From positions 1,472,001-1,536,000 of the forward strand of contig CAWBEI010000002.1 in assembly GCA_963787835.1 (NCBI GenBank): a stretch of DNA of 64,000 bases, read 5' to 3'. The DNA comes from Ignavibacteriota bacterium. Lineage in GTDB: Bacteria > Bacteroidota > Ignavibacteria > Palsa-1295. Each line of letters starts with the position of its first letter. Within the stretch, counting starts at the first letter, position 1. The translations under genes and the position numbers were made by a program. The notes under the pieces are model-generated. The model was given only the letters and a program-made list of their open reading frames with translations. It made no database searches and was not told the DNA's origin. Positions 26,961 to 37,707 of the stretch are shown in pieces.

Positions 26961-28775
26961 ATGATACAACGAAAAAACCTCCTTACTCTCACTACATTTG
27001 CACTTTTTGCACTCATTTTCGGAAGTTGCGGCAAAGGCGGCGGCCCAGCCAACGGGCTATCGACGAAGAACAGTGTAGTGTGGTATGTTTCCGGCGACAT
27101 CGAAGGGCTCAATCCGATCACGACCGCTGATGAGAATGCGGTCTATGCAGAGAATCTCTTATATGAAGCACTCACAGGCCAGAATGCACGCACCCAGGCA
27201 TTTATTCCCGGTCTTGCCGCGCTGCCTGTCGAGAGTGCGGATCACCTGACGTTCACCTTTACGATGGATCCGACCGCCCATTGGTCCGATGGCAAACCCG
27301 TTACTGCGGAAGATGTGATCTTTTCCTATAAGATCATTCAAAATCCTTTTGTTACGAACGCCGCCCCGCTCCGAAGTTATTATGCGGACATGGATAGTTG
27401 CTGGATACCCGCCGGTCAGACGAATCAGGTGATGTTCCATTTTTCAAAATACCGCTTCGACCTCTTGAAGGTCATCAATTACACTCGTATTCTGCCAAAG
27501 CATATTTGGGATCCAACGAACCTCACGGATAAATGCAGTTGGAAAGAACTGAAGACGGATAATCCGACGAATCCGGCGATCAAGGACCTTGCAACGAATT
27601 TTCAGGATCAGAAATCCAATCGCGATCCGGGCCACATGATCGGAAGCGGAGCGTACAAATTTGAATCATGGGTCACGAACGACCGGGTCACGATGCGTCG
27701 TGATACTAATTACTGGGCGAAGAATCACCCCTGGTCCGAAGCCTATCCAGACCAGATCATCTTTAAGACGATCAAGGACGAGACCGCCGCGCTCATTTCT
27801 CTCAAGCATCAGGATATCGACTTCAATCTCACGCTTACTGCGGATGAATATGTCAATGGCTTCGATTCCGCACAGCTTAAGTGGATCAAGAAGGATACCG
27901 TCTATGAGAATTTGTATTTCTTTGTCGGCTGGAATGATTCGAAACCGATCTTCGCCGATAAGAACGTACGAAAAGCTCTCACAATGCTGATCGATCGCGA
28001 TAAGATCATTCACTCGATCATGCACGATCTCGGCAAAAAAGTGGATGGCCCCGTTGCTCCGACGCAGCCTAATTACGATCCCACCGCAAAGCAACCTGAC
28101 TATAATGTAGATGCTGCGAAGAAAATGCTCACGGATGCCGGATGGGCCGATCACGATGGCGATGGTGTACTCGATAAGGTGATCAACGGCAAGAAGACGG
28201 ATTTCCATTTTGTCATCGAGATCCCAAGTGGTTCTGAAGCGAATAAACAAATTGCCGTTGTGATCTCCCACGATCTGAAGGCCGCCGGAATCATTGCCGA
28301 GGTCACTGCCCTTGAAAATTCCGTTCATCTTAACAATCTACGAAGCCATGATTTCGATGCGTATATCGGTGGGTGGGCTGGCAACGTGACCGGTCAAGAA
28401 GGTGTCGAAGACGAGTTGAGCCAGTTATGGGAATCCTCTCAGGCTACGCAAGGTGGATCGAATTTCGTTTCCTATAAAGACCCGGTTGCCGACAAGATCA
28501 TGGAAGAGATCAAAGTGGAACCCGACCGTGCAAAACGGATGGATCTGAGCCATCAATTGCAGCATATCATGGTGGACGATCAACCCGTGACATTCCTCTG
28601 GTCCCGCCCAGATCGCATTGCATGGATCGACCGTTTCGATAACTTCGAGTTCTTCCCATCACGGCCTCCCGTCGATCCGACGAAGTGGATCGTCCGTGGT
28701 TCCGGTGTGAAACGCTATCCCGGTGCCGCTACCTATAGTTTAAATCCGGCAGAACGGACGGAGCCGGCACAGTAA
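26961..28775 (+). CDS. ABC transporter substrate-binding lipoprotein, family 5 (OppA/AppA-like)
   Basis: Lipobox FGSC; WSDGKPVTAEDVIFS; IGSGAYKF; VRKAL..LIDR; TATTTTTG at 26929-26936. Confidence 0.9.
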   Translation: MIQRKNLLTLTTFALFALIFGSCGKGGGPANGLSTKNSVVWYVSGDIEGLNPITTADENAVYAENLLYEALTGQNARTQAFIPGLAALPVESADHLTFTFTMDPTAHWSDGKPVTAEDVIFSYKIIQNPFVTNAAPLRSYYADMDSCWIPAGQTNQVMFHFSKYRFDLLKVINYTRILPKHIWDPTNLTDKCSWKELKTDNPTNPAIKDLATNFQDQKSNRDPGHMIGSGAYKFESWVTNDRVTMRRDTNYWAKNHPWSEAYPDQIIFKTIKDETAALISLKHQDIDFNLTLTADEYVNGFDSAQLKWIKKDTVYENLYFFVGWNDSKPIFADKNVRKALTMLIDRDKIIHSIMHDLGKKVDGPVAPTQPNYDPTAKQPDYNVDAAKKMLTDAGWADHDGDGVLDKVINGKKTDFHFVIEIPSGSEANKQIAVVISHDLKAAGIIAEVTALENSVHLNNLRSHDFDAYIGGWAGNVTGQEGVEDELSQLWESSQATQGGSNFVSYKDPVADKIMEEIKVEPDRAKRMDLSHQLQHIMVDDQPVTFLWSRPDRIAWIDRFDNFEFFPSRPPVDPTKWIVRGSGVKRYPGAATYSLNPAERTEPAQ

Positions 28776-29111
28776 CTATTCCATTTTCACCATCTTAGGT
28801 GTGAGCGCATTTTTCGTGGTATCGCCGATAATATCGGCGGGACCACGGAACATGCGGGGATGCTTGCCTTCCATTTTGTGAAGCGAGTTCGCGGTAGCAG
28901 CTGAATCCGCTACGGGCGGGGGTGGTTGCTTCATGCAACTGACGATAAACAGAATTAAAAATGCAACTGTCATCCTGAGCGGAGCAAACCGCAGCGAAGC
29001 GGAGGTTTGCGGAGTCGAAGGATCTCTGGAACTTGCAGAGATCCTTCGACTCCGTTCTTCTCTCCTTCGTCGAGAAGAACTCCGCTCAGGATGACATAAT
29101 GGATAGATCAT
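28776..29111 (-). CDS. Small putative lipoprotein (start 29111 or 28973)
   Basis: VAFLILFIVSC lipobox-like segment followed by a Pro-rich linker; 5' part overlaps a repeat. Confidence 0.5.
   Translation of the reverse strand: MIYPLCHPERSSSRRRREERSRRISASSRDPSTPQTSASLRFAPLRMTVAFLILFIVSCMKQPPPPVADSAATANSLHKMEGKHPRMFRGPADIIGDTTKNALTPKMVKME
28968..29096. repeat. Family C full element (129 bp)
   Basis: TGTCATCCTGAGCGGAG...GTCGAAGGATCT...AGATCCTTCGAC...CTCCGCTCAGGATGACA. Confidence 0.95.
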
Positions 29112-29595
29112 GATTCTTTATCTTGTTCGTCATGGTGATGCCGATACGATCGCTCCGCGCGACGATGAACGCGTGCTTTCGAAAAAAGGGATTCGCGTTA
29201 CCACGGCAATGGCGCAATTACTGAAACACGCGGAGTTCGACCTGCCGGAGATCATTCTTACCAGCCCCTTGCCGCGCGCAGAACAAACAGCGCGTATCAT
29301 GCTCGAAGAGTTCGCGCCAAAAGCGAAATTCGAAATTATAGAAGGACTTCGTTCCGGCGGCAGCATAGAAGCGGTCATGTCCATTATTGCTGCAAACAAA
29401 GAAGAATGCGATGTACTGATGCTCGTTGGCCACGATCCGCTATTCTCCATGCTTGCCAGCATCCTTGTCAGCGGAACCGAATATGCGATCGAAATGAAAA
29501 AGAGCGCGGTTGCAGTTATTGAGATCACGCGATTTGAAGCCCCAAGGATGCGGGGAATATTACGGGCGTTTCTCCCACCTCGTATCGCAATGTAG
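29110..29595 (+). CDS. sixA: Phosphohistidine phosphatase SixA
   Basis: LYLVRHGDA, D.ER.LS.KG, TSPL.RA.QTA, LVGH.P. Confidence 0.88.
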   Translation: MILYLVRHGDADTIAPRDDERVLSKKGIRVTTAMAQLLKHAEFDLPEIILTSPLPRAEQTARIMLEEFAPKAKFEIIEGLRSGGSIEAVMSIIAANKEECDVLMLVGHDPLFSMLASILVSGTEYAIEMKKSAVAVIEITRFEAPRMRGILRAFLPPRIAM

Positions 29596-30348
29596 CGCAA
29601 ACTTTAGTTTGCGACCCCCACCCCGCGCGAAGTCGCAAACTAAAGTTTACGCTACAATCGTGTTACAATGCGACGCCGCCCAACTTGGGATGGAGATATG
29701 TCCATGGATAATCGTCCCAATTAGCAACGAGTCCAGCATGAACCGGATTCATCAAAATGTATTCAATGATTCTATCGAACTCACCATCTCGGACAACGTG
29801 ATCGTAGCTCTCGTGTTGCCAGAATGTTCCTGAACGGCCAAGTGCCTTATTGCATTCAAAAGCACTTCTGCCTTTAAGTAACTGCATGATATGCCTCAGA
29901 GATTTCTCCGGGTTGGAGAGCGAGAGTAATACATGAACATGATTTGACATGATAGTGAAACACCAGAGAGTGACATGTCCTTCTCGATCGAGTGAGTGCA
30001 AAGTATCTGCTACGATCCTGGCGGCAAGTGGGTTGCTGAGGACTTTAGATTCTTTTGAGGAATCCAGCATCGTGTCGAATTTCGCGAAATGTTTTTTTCG
30101 TAAGATTGCAATTTCTTCTGGGGTCGATGTTTTAGATTTTGCGGAACTTGTGATTTGTCGCTGTTCCGCTTGAAGACTGTCGAGCACGGATTTTGGTAAT
30201 GAGTTGTGTAAGCGAAAGGTTATGAAAAGGGCGGCATCGGGCGGTGTAAAATGTGGGAGATTCCGGCGATAGGTTGGAGGGTTTTCTTTCCAAATGCTCA
30301 TAGGATTTCTGTTAAGCGTGGGGGTCGCAAACTAAAGTTTGCGCTACA
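29591..30348. mobile_element. REPtron: RAYT flanked by family H REPs
   Basis: Doublet 29591-29656 (TGTAGCGCAAACTTTAGTTTGCGAC...) and single REP 30321-30348. Confidence 0.9.
29663..30301 (-). CDS. REP-associated tyrosine transposase (RAYT), copy 2
   Basis: YRRNLPH, FITFRL, IMSNHVHVL (HUH), FWQHESYDHVVR, YILMNPV.AGL. Confidence 0.93.
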   Translation of the reverse strand: MSIWKENPPTYRRNLPHFTPPDAALFITFRLHNSLPKSVLDSLQAEQRQITSSAKSKTSTPEEIAILRKKHFAKFDTMLDSSKESKVLSNPLAARIVADTLHSLDREGHVTLWCFTIMSNHVHVLLSLSNPEKSLRHIMQLLKGRSAFECNKALGRSGTFWQHESYDHVVRDGEFDRIIEYILMNPVHAGLVANWDDYPWTYLHPKLGGVAL

Positions 30349-30354
30349 TTTGTA

Positions 30355-33039
30355 CTACACATTTTTTTTCCACGCCGCGATCTTATTCATCGCGTCCATC
30401 GGCGTAAGCGTGTTCAAGTCGAGATTTCTCAATTCATTCGCAATGGTCTCTGCGCGTTCGTCGCCGAAGGCTTGCTTAAGTTTGTCAGCTCGTTCTTCGC
30501 GGGTCATACGCTCCAAGAAGGGGATGGCTCGCTGGATGTTCGCTTCTGCAATTTCGAGTTCCGTTGCTTCGAGCGAGCTAAGAATTTCCCGCGCTCTGTC
30601 AATGACGTCCGGCGGAATTCCTGCCATCGCCGCAACTTCTATACCATACGAATGATCTGCAAAGCCGGGAGCTATTTTGTGAAGAAAATGCACTTTGCCT
30701 TCCGCCTCGCGAACTTCTACTTTTAGATTGAGTATGCGAGGGTTCCTATCGGCAAGTGCGTTCAGTTCGTGGTAATGCGTGGCGAACAGCGTGCGCGCTC
30801 CCGGAAGATTATCGTGGATGTATTCTGCAATAGCCCACGCGATAGATATGCCATCGAAGGTAGAGGTGCCTCGACCAAGTTCGTCGAAAAGCAATAGGGA
30901 ATTCTTTGTGGCATTGCTGAGGATATTCGCGGCCTCGTTCATCTCGACCAAGAATGTCGATTCGCCGCTGGAAACATTATCGCTTGCGCCCACCCGAGTA
31001 AAAATTCTATCGAGGACGGGGAAGTTCGCTTTTGCCGCTGGAACGAACGAGCCGGCATGAGCGAGATAAGCAAGAATTCCCGTCTGCCGCAGATACACCG
31101 ATTTGCCAGACATATTCGGTCCGGTAATAATATAAAATTCGAAGTCACCGGGTGAGAACATCACGCTGTTCGGCGTGAATCGCTCGCCCACGGGCATCAG
31201 TTTTTCCACGACGGGATGACGTCCCATCTCGATGGAGAAATCTCCGGTATCGTTAAATGCGGGTCGAGTCCAGTTGTTCTTCGTTGCGAGTGATGAAAAT
31301 GTGGTAAGCACATCGAGCACGGCGATCAGCTCGGCATTACGCTGAAGTTGGTGCGTATCCTCCAGTATTCGTGCGCGCAGCTTATCGATCATCTCGCGCT
31401 CGATGGTTTGCATCCGTTCTTCCGCGCCGAGAATTTTAGCTTCGTACTCTTTGAGTTCTTGCGTGATATAGCGTTCGGCGTTCGTCATCGTTTGCCGGCG
31501 TTCGTAATCTGTTGGAACTTTCGCAGCGTTCGCCTTCGAGACCTCGATATAATATCCGAAGACATTATTATAATCCACTTTCAGCGTGGAGATGCCGGTT
31601 CGCTCGCGCTCGCGAGCCTGGATATTCGCAAGCATTTCGCGGCTGTTGCGCGTTAGTGCCCGAAGTTCGTCCAGCTCCGGATTGGCGCCATCGCGAATCA
31701 CACCCAAATGGGCGACCGTCGTTGGCGGGTCCGGGGCAATGATCTTGTCAATTTCTTCTGCAAGCGCGCCGAGTGGACTGAGTTGGGTGGCGATCGTGGA
31801 CAGGATCTGTATCGCGCCGACATTTCCGTTGGCAACAAGCTGTTCCGTCAGTTGCTTTATCTCTGGAATATGCCACAGCGAGAATTTCAGCATCAGAAAA
31901 TCGCGTGGTGAAAGAATGCGCGCGCTGGCAAATCGCCCGACGAGCCGCTCGATATCGCCAAGCTCGCGAAATTCCATGCGAAGTTTGTCGCGAAGTTCCC
32001 GATGCTCAGATAGCAACTCGATAGCATCCAGACGGTGATTAATACGCTCTTTACTTCTCAGCGGCCTCGCAAGCCACCCACGCAGCAACCGCGCACCCAT
32101 CGGGGTCGCGGTTTCATCGAGCACCGCAAGCAGCGATGCATCCTTCGCTTCGCCCATGATCGGCGCAAAAATTTCGAGATTTCGCCGCGTGGTGTTATCG
32201 AGCGTAAGATATTCGCCCGCATCATATCTTGAAATATGAGTTATATGTGAGAGGTTTGTCTGCGAACGCGTCTCTCTTAAATAATCGAGCACGGCACCTG
32301 CCGCAACCATGCCGGATGAAAGATCGTCGATGCCAAAGCCTTTGAGCGTTGCGGTCTTGAAATGTTGCAGTAAAAGTTCTCTCGCGGTTTCTTCGTGGAA
32401 GATCCAATCCTCGCGGCGTGTGATGGAAGGCTTGTGGGACAACGCAATAAAATAGGGAGCTAATTCGACTTTGCTCACTTCTTTCCTTGCCACAAGAAGT
32501 TCCGAAAGCCCGATGGTATCGAGATGCTCTGCAAGCTGCGCTTCCGCAATTTCCCCTGCGACAAATTCCCCGGTTGAAACATCAGCATAGGCAATGCCTG
32601 CAATTCCACCATGCGTGACGATCGCGCCGACGTAAGTATTCTTCGCAGTTTCGAGCAGCTTTTCGCTTGTCTGCACACCGGGAGTAACAACCTCCACTAC
32701 ATCGCGCTTGACAATTCCCTTCGCAAGCTTGGGGTCTTCCAATTGTTCGCAGACTGCTACGCGGTACCCTGCGCGGATCATCTTTGGCAAATATGCATCG
32801 AGCTGATGATGCGGAAATCCCGCAAGCTCGATCTCACTGGCAGAGCCATTGCCCCGTTTAGTTAGAACAATGCCGGTAACTTTTGCGGTTACGATCGCAT
32901 CCGGCCCGAACGTCTCGAAAAAATCGCCCATGCGGAAGAACAGGATCGTTTCCGGGTATTTCGCCTTGATGGAGTTATATTGCTTCATCAATGGCGTGAG
33001 CTTTTCGGAGGGACTGGCTGGGGCTTTATCTTGGGGCAT
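30355..33039 (-). CDS. mutS: DNA mismatch repair protein MutS
   Basis: TPLMKQY, LFFRMGDF, ITGPNMSGKS, IFTRVGASD, STFLVEM, DELGRGTST, FATHYHEL. Confidence 0.98.
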   Translation of the reverse strand: MPQDKAPASPSEKLTPLMKQYNSIKAKYPETILFFRMGDFFETFGPDAIVTAKVTGIVLTKRGNGSASEIELAGFPHHQLDAYLPKMIRAGYRVAVCEQLEDPKLAKGIVKRDVVEVVTPGVQTSEKLLETAKNTYVGAIVTHGGIAGIAYADVSTGEFVAGEIAEAQLAEHLDTIGLSELLVARKEVSKVELAPYFIALSHKPSITRREDWIFHEETARELLLQHFKTATLKGFGIDDLSSGMVAAGAVLDYLRETRSQTNLSHITHISRYDAGEYLTLDNTTRRNLEIFAPIMGEAKDASLLAVLDETATPMGARLLRGWLARPLRSKERINHRLDAIELLSEHRELRDKLRMEFRELGDIERLVGRFASARILSPRDFLMLKFSLWHIPEIKQLTEQLVANGNVGAIQILSTIATQLSPLGALAEEIDKIIAPDPPTTVAHLGVIRDGANPELDELRALTRNSREMLANIQARERERTGISTLKVDYNNVFGYYIEVSKANAAKVPTDYERRQTMTNAERYITQELKEYEAKILGAEERMQTIEREMIDKLRARILEDTHQLQRNAELIAVLDVLTTFSSLATKNNWTRPAFNDTGDFSIEMGRHPVVEKLMPVGERFTPNSVMFSPGDFEFYIITGPNMSGKSVYLRQTGILAYLAHAGSFVPAAKANFPVLDRIFTRVGASDNVSSGESTFLVEMNEAANILSNATKNSLLLFDELGRGTSTFDGISIAWAIAEYIHDNLPGARTLFATHYHELNALADRNPRILNLKVEVREAEGKVHFLHKIAPGFADHSYGIEVAAMAGIPPDVIDRAREILSSLEATELEIAEANIQRAIPFLERMTREERADKLKQAFGDERAETIANELRNLDLNTLTPMDAMNKIAAWKKNV

Positions 33040-33057
33040 AAAAAATAGTTTTTAGAT

Positions 33058-33205
33058 TGTCATCCTGAGCGGAGCAAAACGCAGCGATAGCGGAGTTTTG
33101 CGGAGTCGAAGGATCTCATGCAGTCTGGCTCAGAGGTGAACGTCCAGAGATCCTTCGACTTCGTTCATCTCTCCTTCGTCGAGACGAACTCCGCTCAGGA
33201 TGACA
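33058..33205. repeat. Family C full element (148 bp)
   Basis: Same termini and internal hairpins as 28968-29096. Confidence 0.95.
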
Positions 33206-33216
33206 GCTAAATATAA

Positions 33217-33258
33217 ATAGGGGACTAAGACGACTTCGCTTTTTGCAAATAGGCCCAT
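33217..33258 (-). pseudogene. 5' remnant of a PemK/MazF-like toxin
   Basis: MGLFAKSEVVLVPY overlaps the antitoxin 3' end, then runs into the family C repeat. Confidence 0.55.
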
Positions 33259-33443
33259 GCTTCTTCCTCTTCGGGTCTGTTCCAATCCCCGAGCGCCGCT
33301 TCACTTAAGTAGGCCGTATCATTCGGAATATCGGAGGTGGGTAAGAATGTAATGATCGCATGCGTGCCTTCGGGCACATGTACCTCTTCAAGAGGCTGAA
33401 TATGCCCTTCACGGTCGATGATTGCTTCAATAGATCTTAGCAT
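33225..33443 (-). CDS. Putative type II antitoxin
   Basis: IEAIIDREGHIQPLE.V; LSEAAL.DWNRPEEEEAW. Confidence 0.7.
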   Translation of the reverse strand: MLRSIEAIIDREGHIQPLEEVHVPEGTHAIITFLPTSDIPNDTAYLSEAALGDWNRPEEEEAWAYLQKAKSS

Positions 33444-33496
33444 GGCTGTTACTGGAACACCCAAAGGATGACTTCGGCTTCCATGTTCGTTTGTAT

Positions 33497-34201
33497 TTAG
33501 CATCGTGCCTGCTTCTTCTTTTTACCGATACGTCCCATCGTTTCGATCTTTACGATGTAATCGAAGGCCGAGGGCACTTTGCAGTCCGTGCCATCCATAA
33601 TGACGGTAACCGTCCCGATGGATTTTGCGATCTTCTTGCTCTTTTCCGTCAGGGGTGCTACGTAAGCGCCAACAGAAATGAGGAACCAATTCATCGCATA
33701 GCGAACCCGGTTCTGCGAGGAGTGGATCTTCTTGGCAATACGGTCGAGCAGTTTATCGAGTGCGGGTATATCAAGTTTTTCATCCGGGAGAATTGCAACG
33801 AGATTTCCGAGGCTCCCCCATCCCGCTGCCGCAATATGTTCCTTTGGAGCATCGATCCATTTCATTCCCAATTCCCAGCCATACGCGCTTTCGGCCGCGA
33901 TCCACGGCAAAGTGTATTCGGCGATCCCGGCGTAGGCGGTCGTTACCCATGATTCGAGATCTTTCTTCGAGATCTTTTTCTCGTCGGCGATCAATCCGGC
34001 GAAATACATGGCGTCGTAGTTGCCGGTCGAGTACAGTTCGAGCGAAAGCTCATGGTTCCTTTTGATCTTTTTGGTGATCTTCTTCATGTCGCCCACTTTC
34101 ACACCGAACAGCGGCTCGCGCGCGCCGTGGTTCATAAGTATCTTCTTGGTCGAAGGCGAACCCATCTTCTCTAATTCGCTTAAAACTTCATCTTTTGTCA
34201 T
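33497..34201 (-). CDS. DNA alkylation repair (AlkD-like HEAT repeat) protein
   Basis: HGAREP.FGVK.GDMK, NHELSLELY.TGNYDAM, NRVRYAMN, T.CKVP.A..YI. Confidence 0.85.
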   Translation of the reverse strand: MTKDEVLSELEKMGSPSTKKILMNHGAREPLFGVKVGDMKKITKKIKRNHELSLELYSTGNYDAMYFAGLIADEKKISKKDLESWVTTAYAGIAEYTLPWIAAESAYGWELGMKWIDAPKEHIAAAGWGSLGNLVAILPDEKLDIPALDKLLDRIAKKIHSSQNRVRYAMNWFLISVGAYVAPLTEKSKKIAKSIGTVTVIMDGTDCKVPSAFDYIVKIETMGRIGKKKKQARC

Positions 34202-34407
34202 GGTGCCCATCACTTTGGTATCTAATATAGGAAGAATATTGGGCCTTGCAAGAAAATCGCCTAACACGCCCAATTTTTGTAGTGGGTTTTAACCCTGCCA
34301 CCGATACCGGAAGTTCAGGGATACTGATTAAATCATTTGGCGATTCCGACCAAATTTTTAGCGCGCAGTTATTGTTTAGCGGGGTTCGCAAGAATAATTA
34401 CTAAAGA

Positions 34408-37152
<2,745 letters not shown>

Positions 37153-37285
37153 CTGTCTGAACCTGGATTACGCTGATTTATTTCTGATTACGCTGATATA
37201 TAGTCATGTCATTCCCTCTTTCGCGGGAATGACAATCAACTATCTCGGTAATCTTTGAAATCGCCCCAAATCCAGGATCAGACAG
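37153..37285. repeat. Family J element with nested collapsed family A palindrome (37207-37234)
   Basis: CTGTCTGAACCTGGATT...TGTCATTCCCTCTTTCGCGGGAATGACA...AATCCAGGATCAGACAG. Confidence 0.85.
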
Positions 37286-37400
37286 CGGGCACTTTTGATA
37301 CAGACGATTCCTTTTAAGAGAACATACGTCACTATGTTCCCGAAACGTCTTCTCCCGCTCACCCTCTTCGCCGCGCTCGCGGTGATGCCGACGTGTGTGC

Positions 37401-37613
37401 TCAAGTAGTCTCTTTAAATAAATCACCGATGTCAGTTTTGAGCACCTTGGCAATTTTTTGTAACGTCTCAACTTTCACATTTTCCTGACCTAACTCAAAG
37501 CGGCTAATGTATTGAGGGTTGAGATGTGAGCGATACGCGAGTTGCTCCTGAGTCCAACCAATGGTTTTTCTTGCTTTCCTGACATTTGCCCCTAGCATCT
37601 TTTTTACATCCAC
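37401..37613 (-). CDS. XRE-family HTH transcriptional regulator
   Basis: LGANVRKARK..GWTQEQLA....L..QYISRFE.G..N....TL.KIA..L. Confidence 0.88.
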   Translation of the reverse strand: MDVKKMLGANVRKARKTIGWTQEQLAYRSHLNPQYISRFELGQENVKVETLQKIAKVLKTDIGDLFKETT

Positions 37614-37707
37614 ACAACAAAAATGCGTATCTTTGTATTGAATCCGTTCGACCCCCGGGTCGAGTATCAATTAACTACCATTAAGAACCTTCATAACAGC
37701 ATGACCC

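Noticed and set aside
34278-34299. Possible GTAG REP remnant upstream of lon
   Set aside because: Too short and degenerate to assign.
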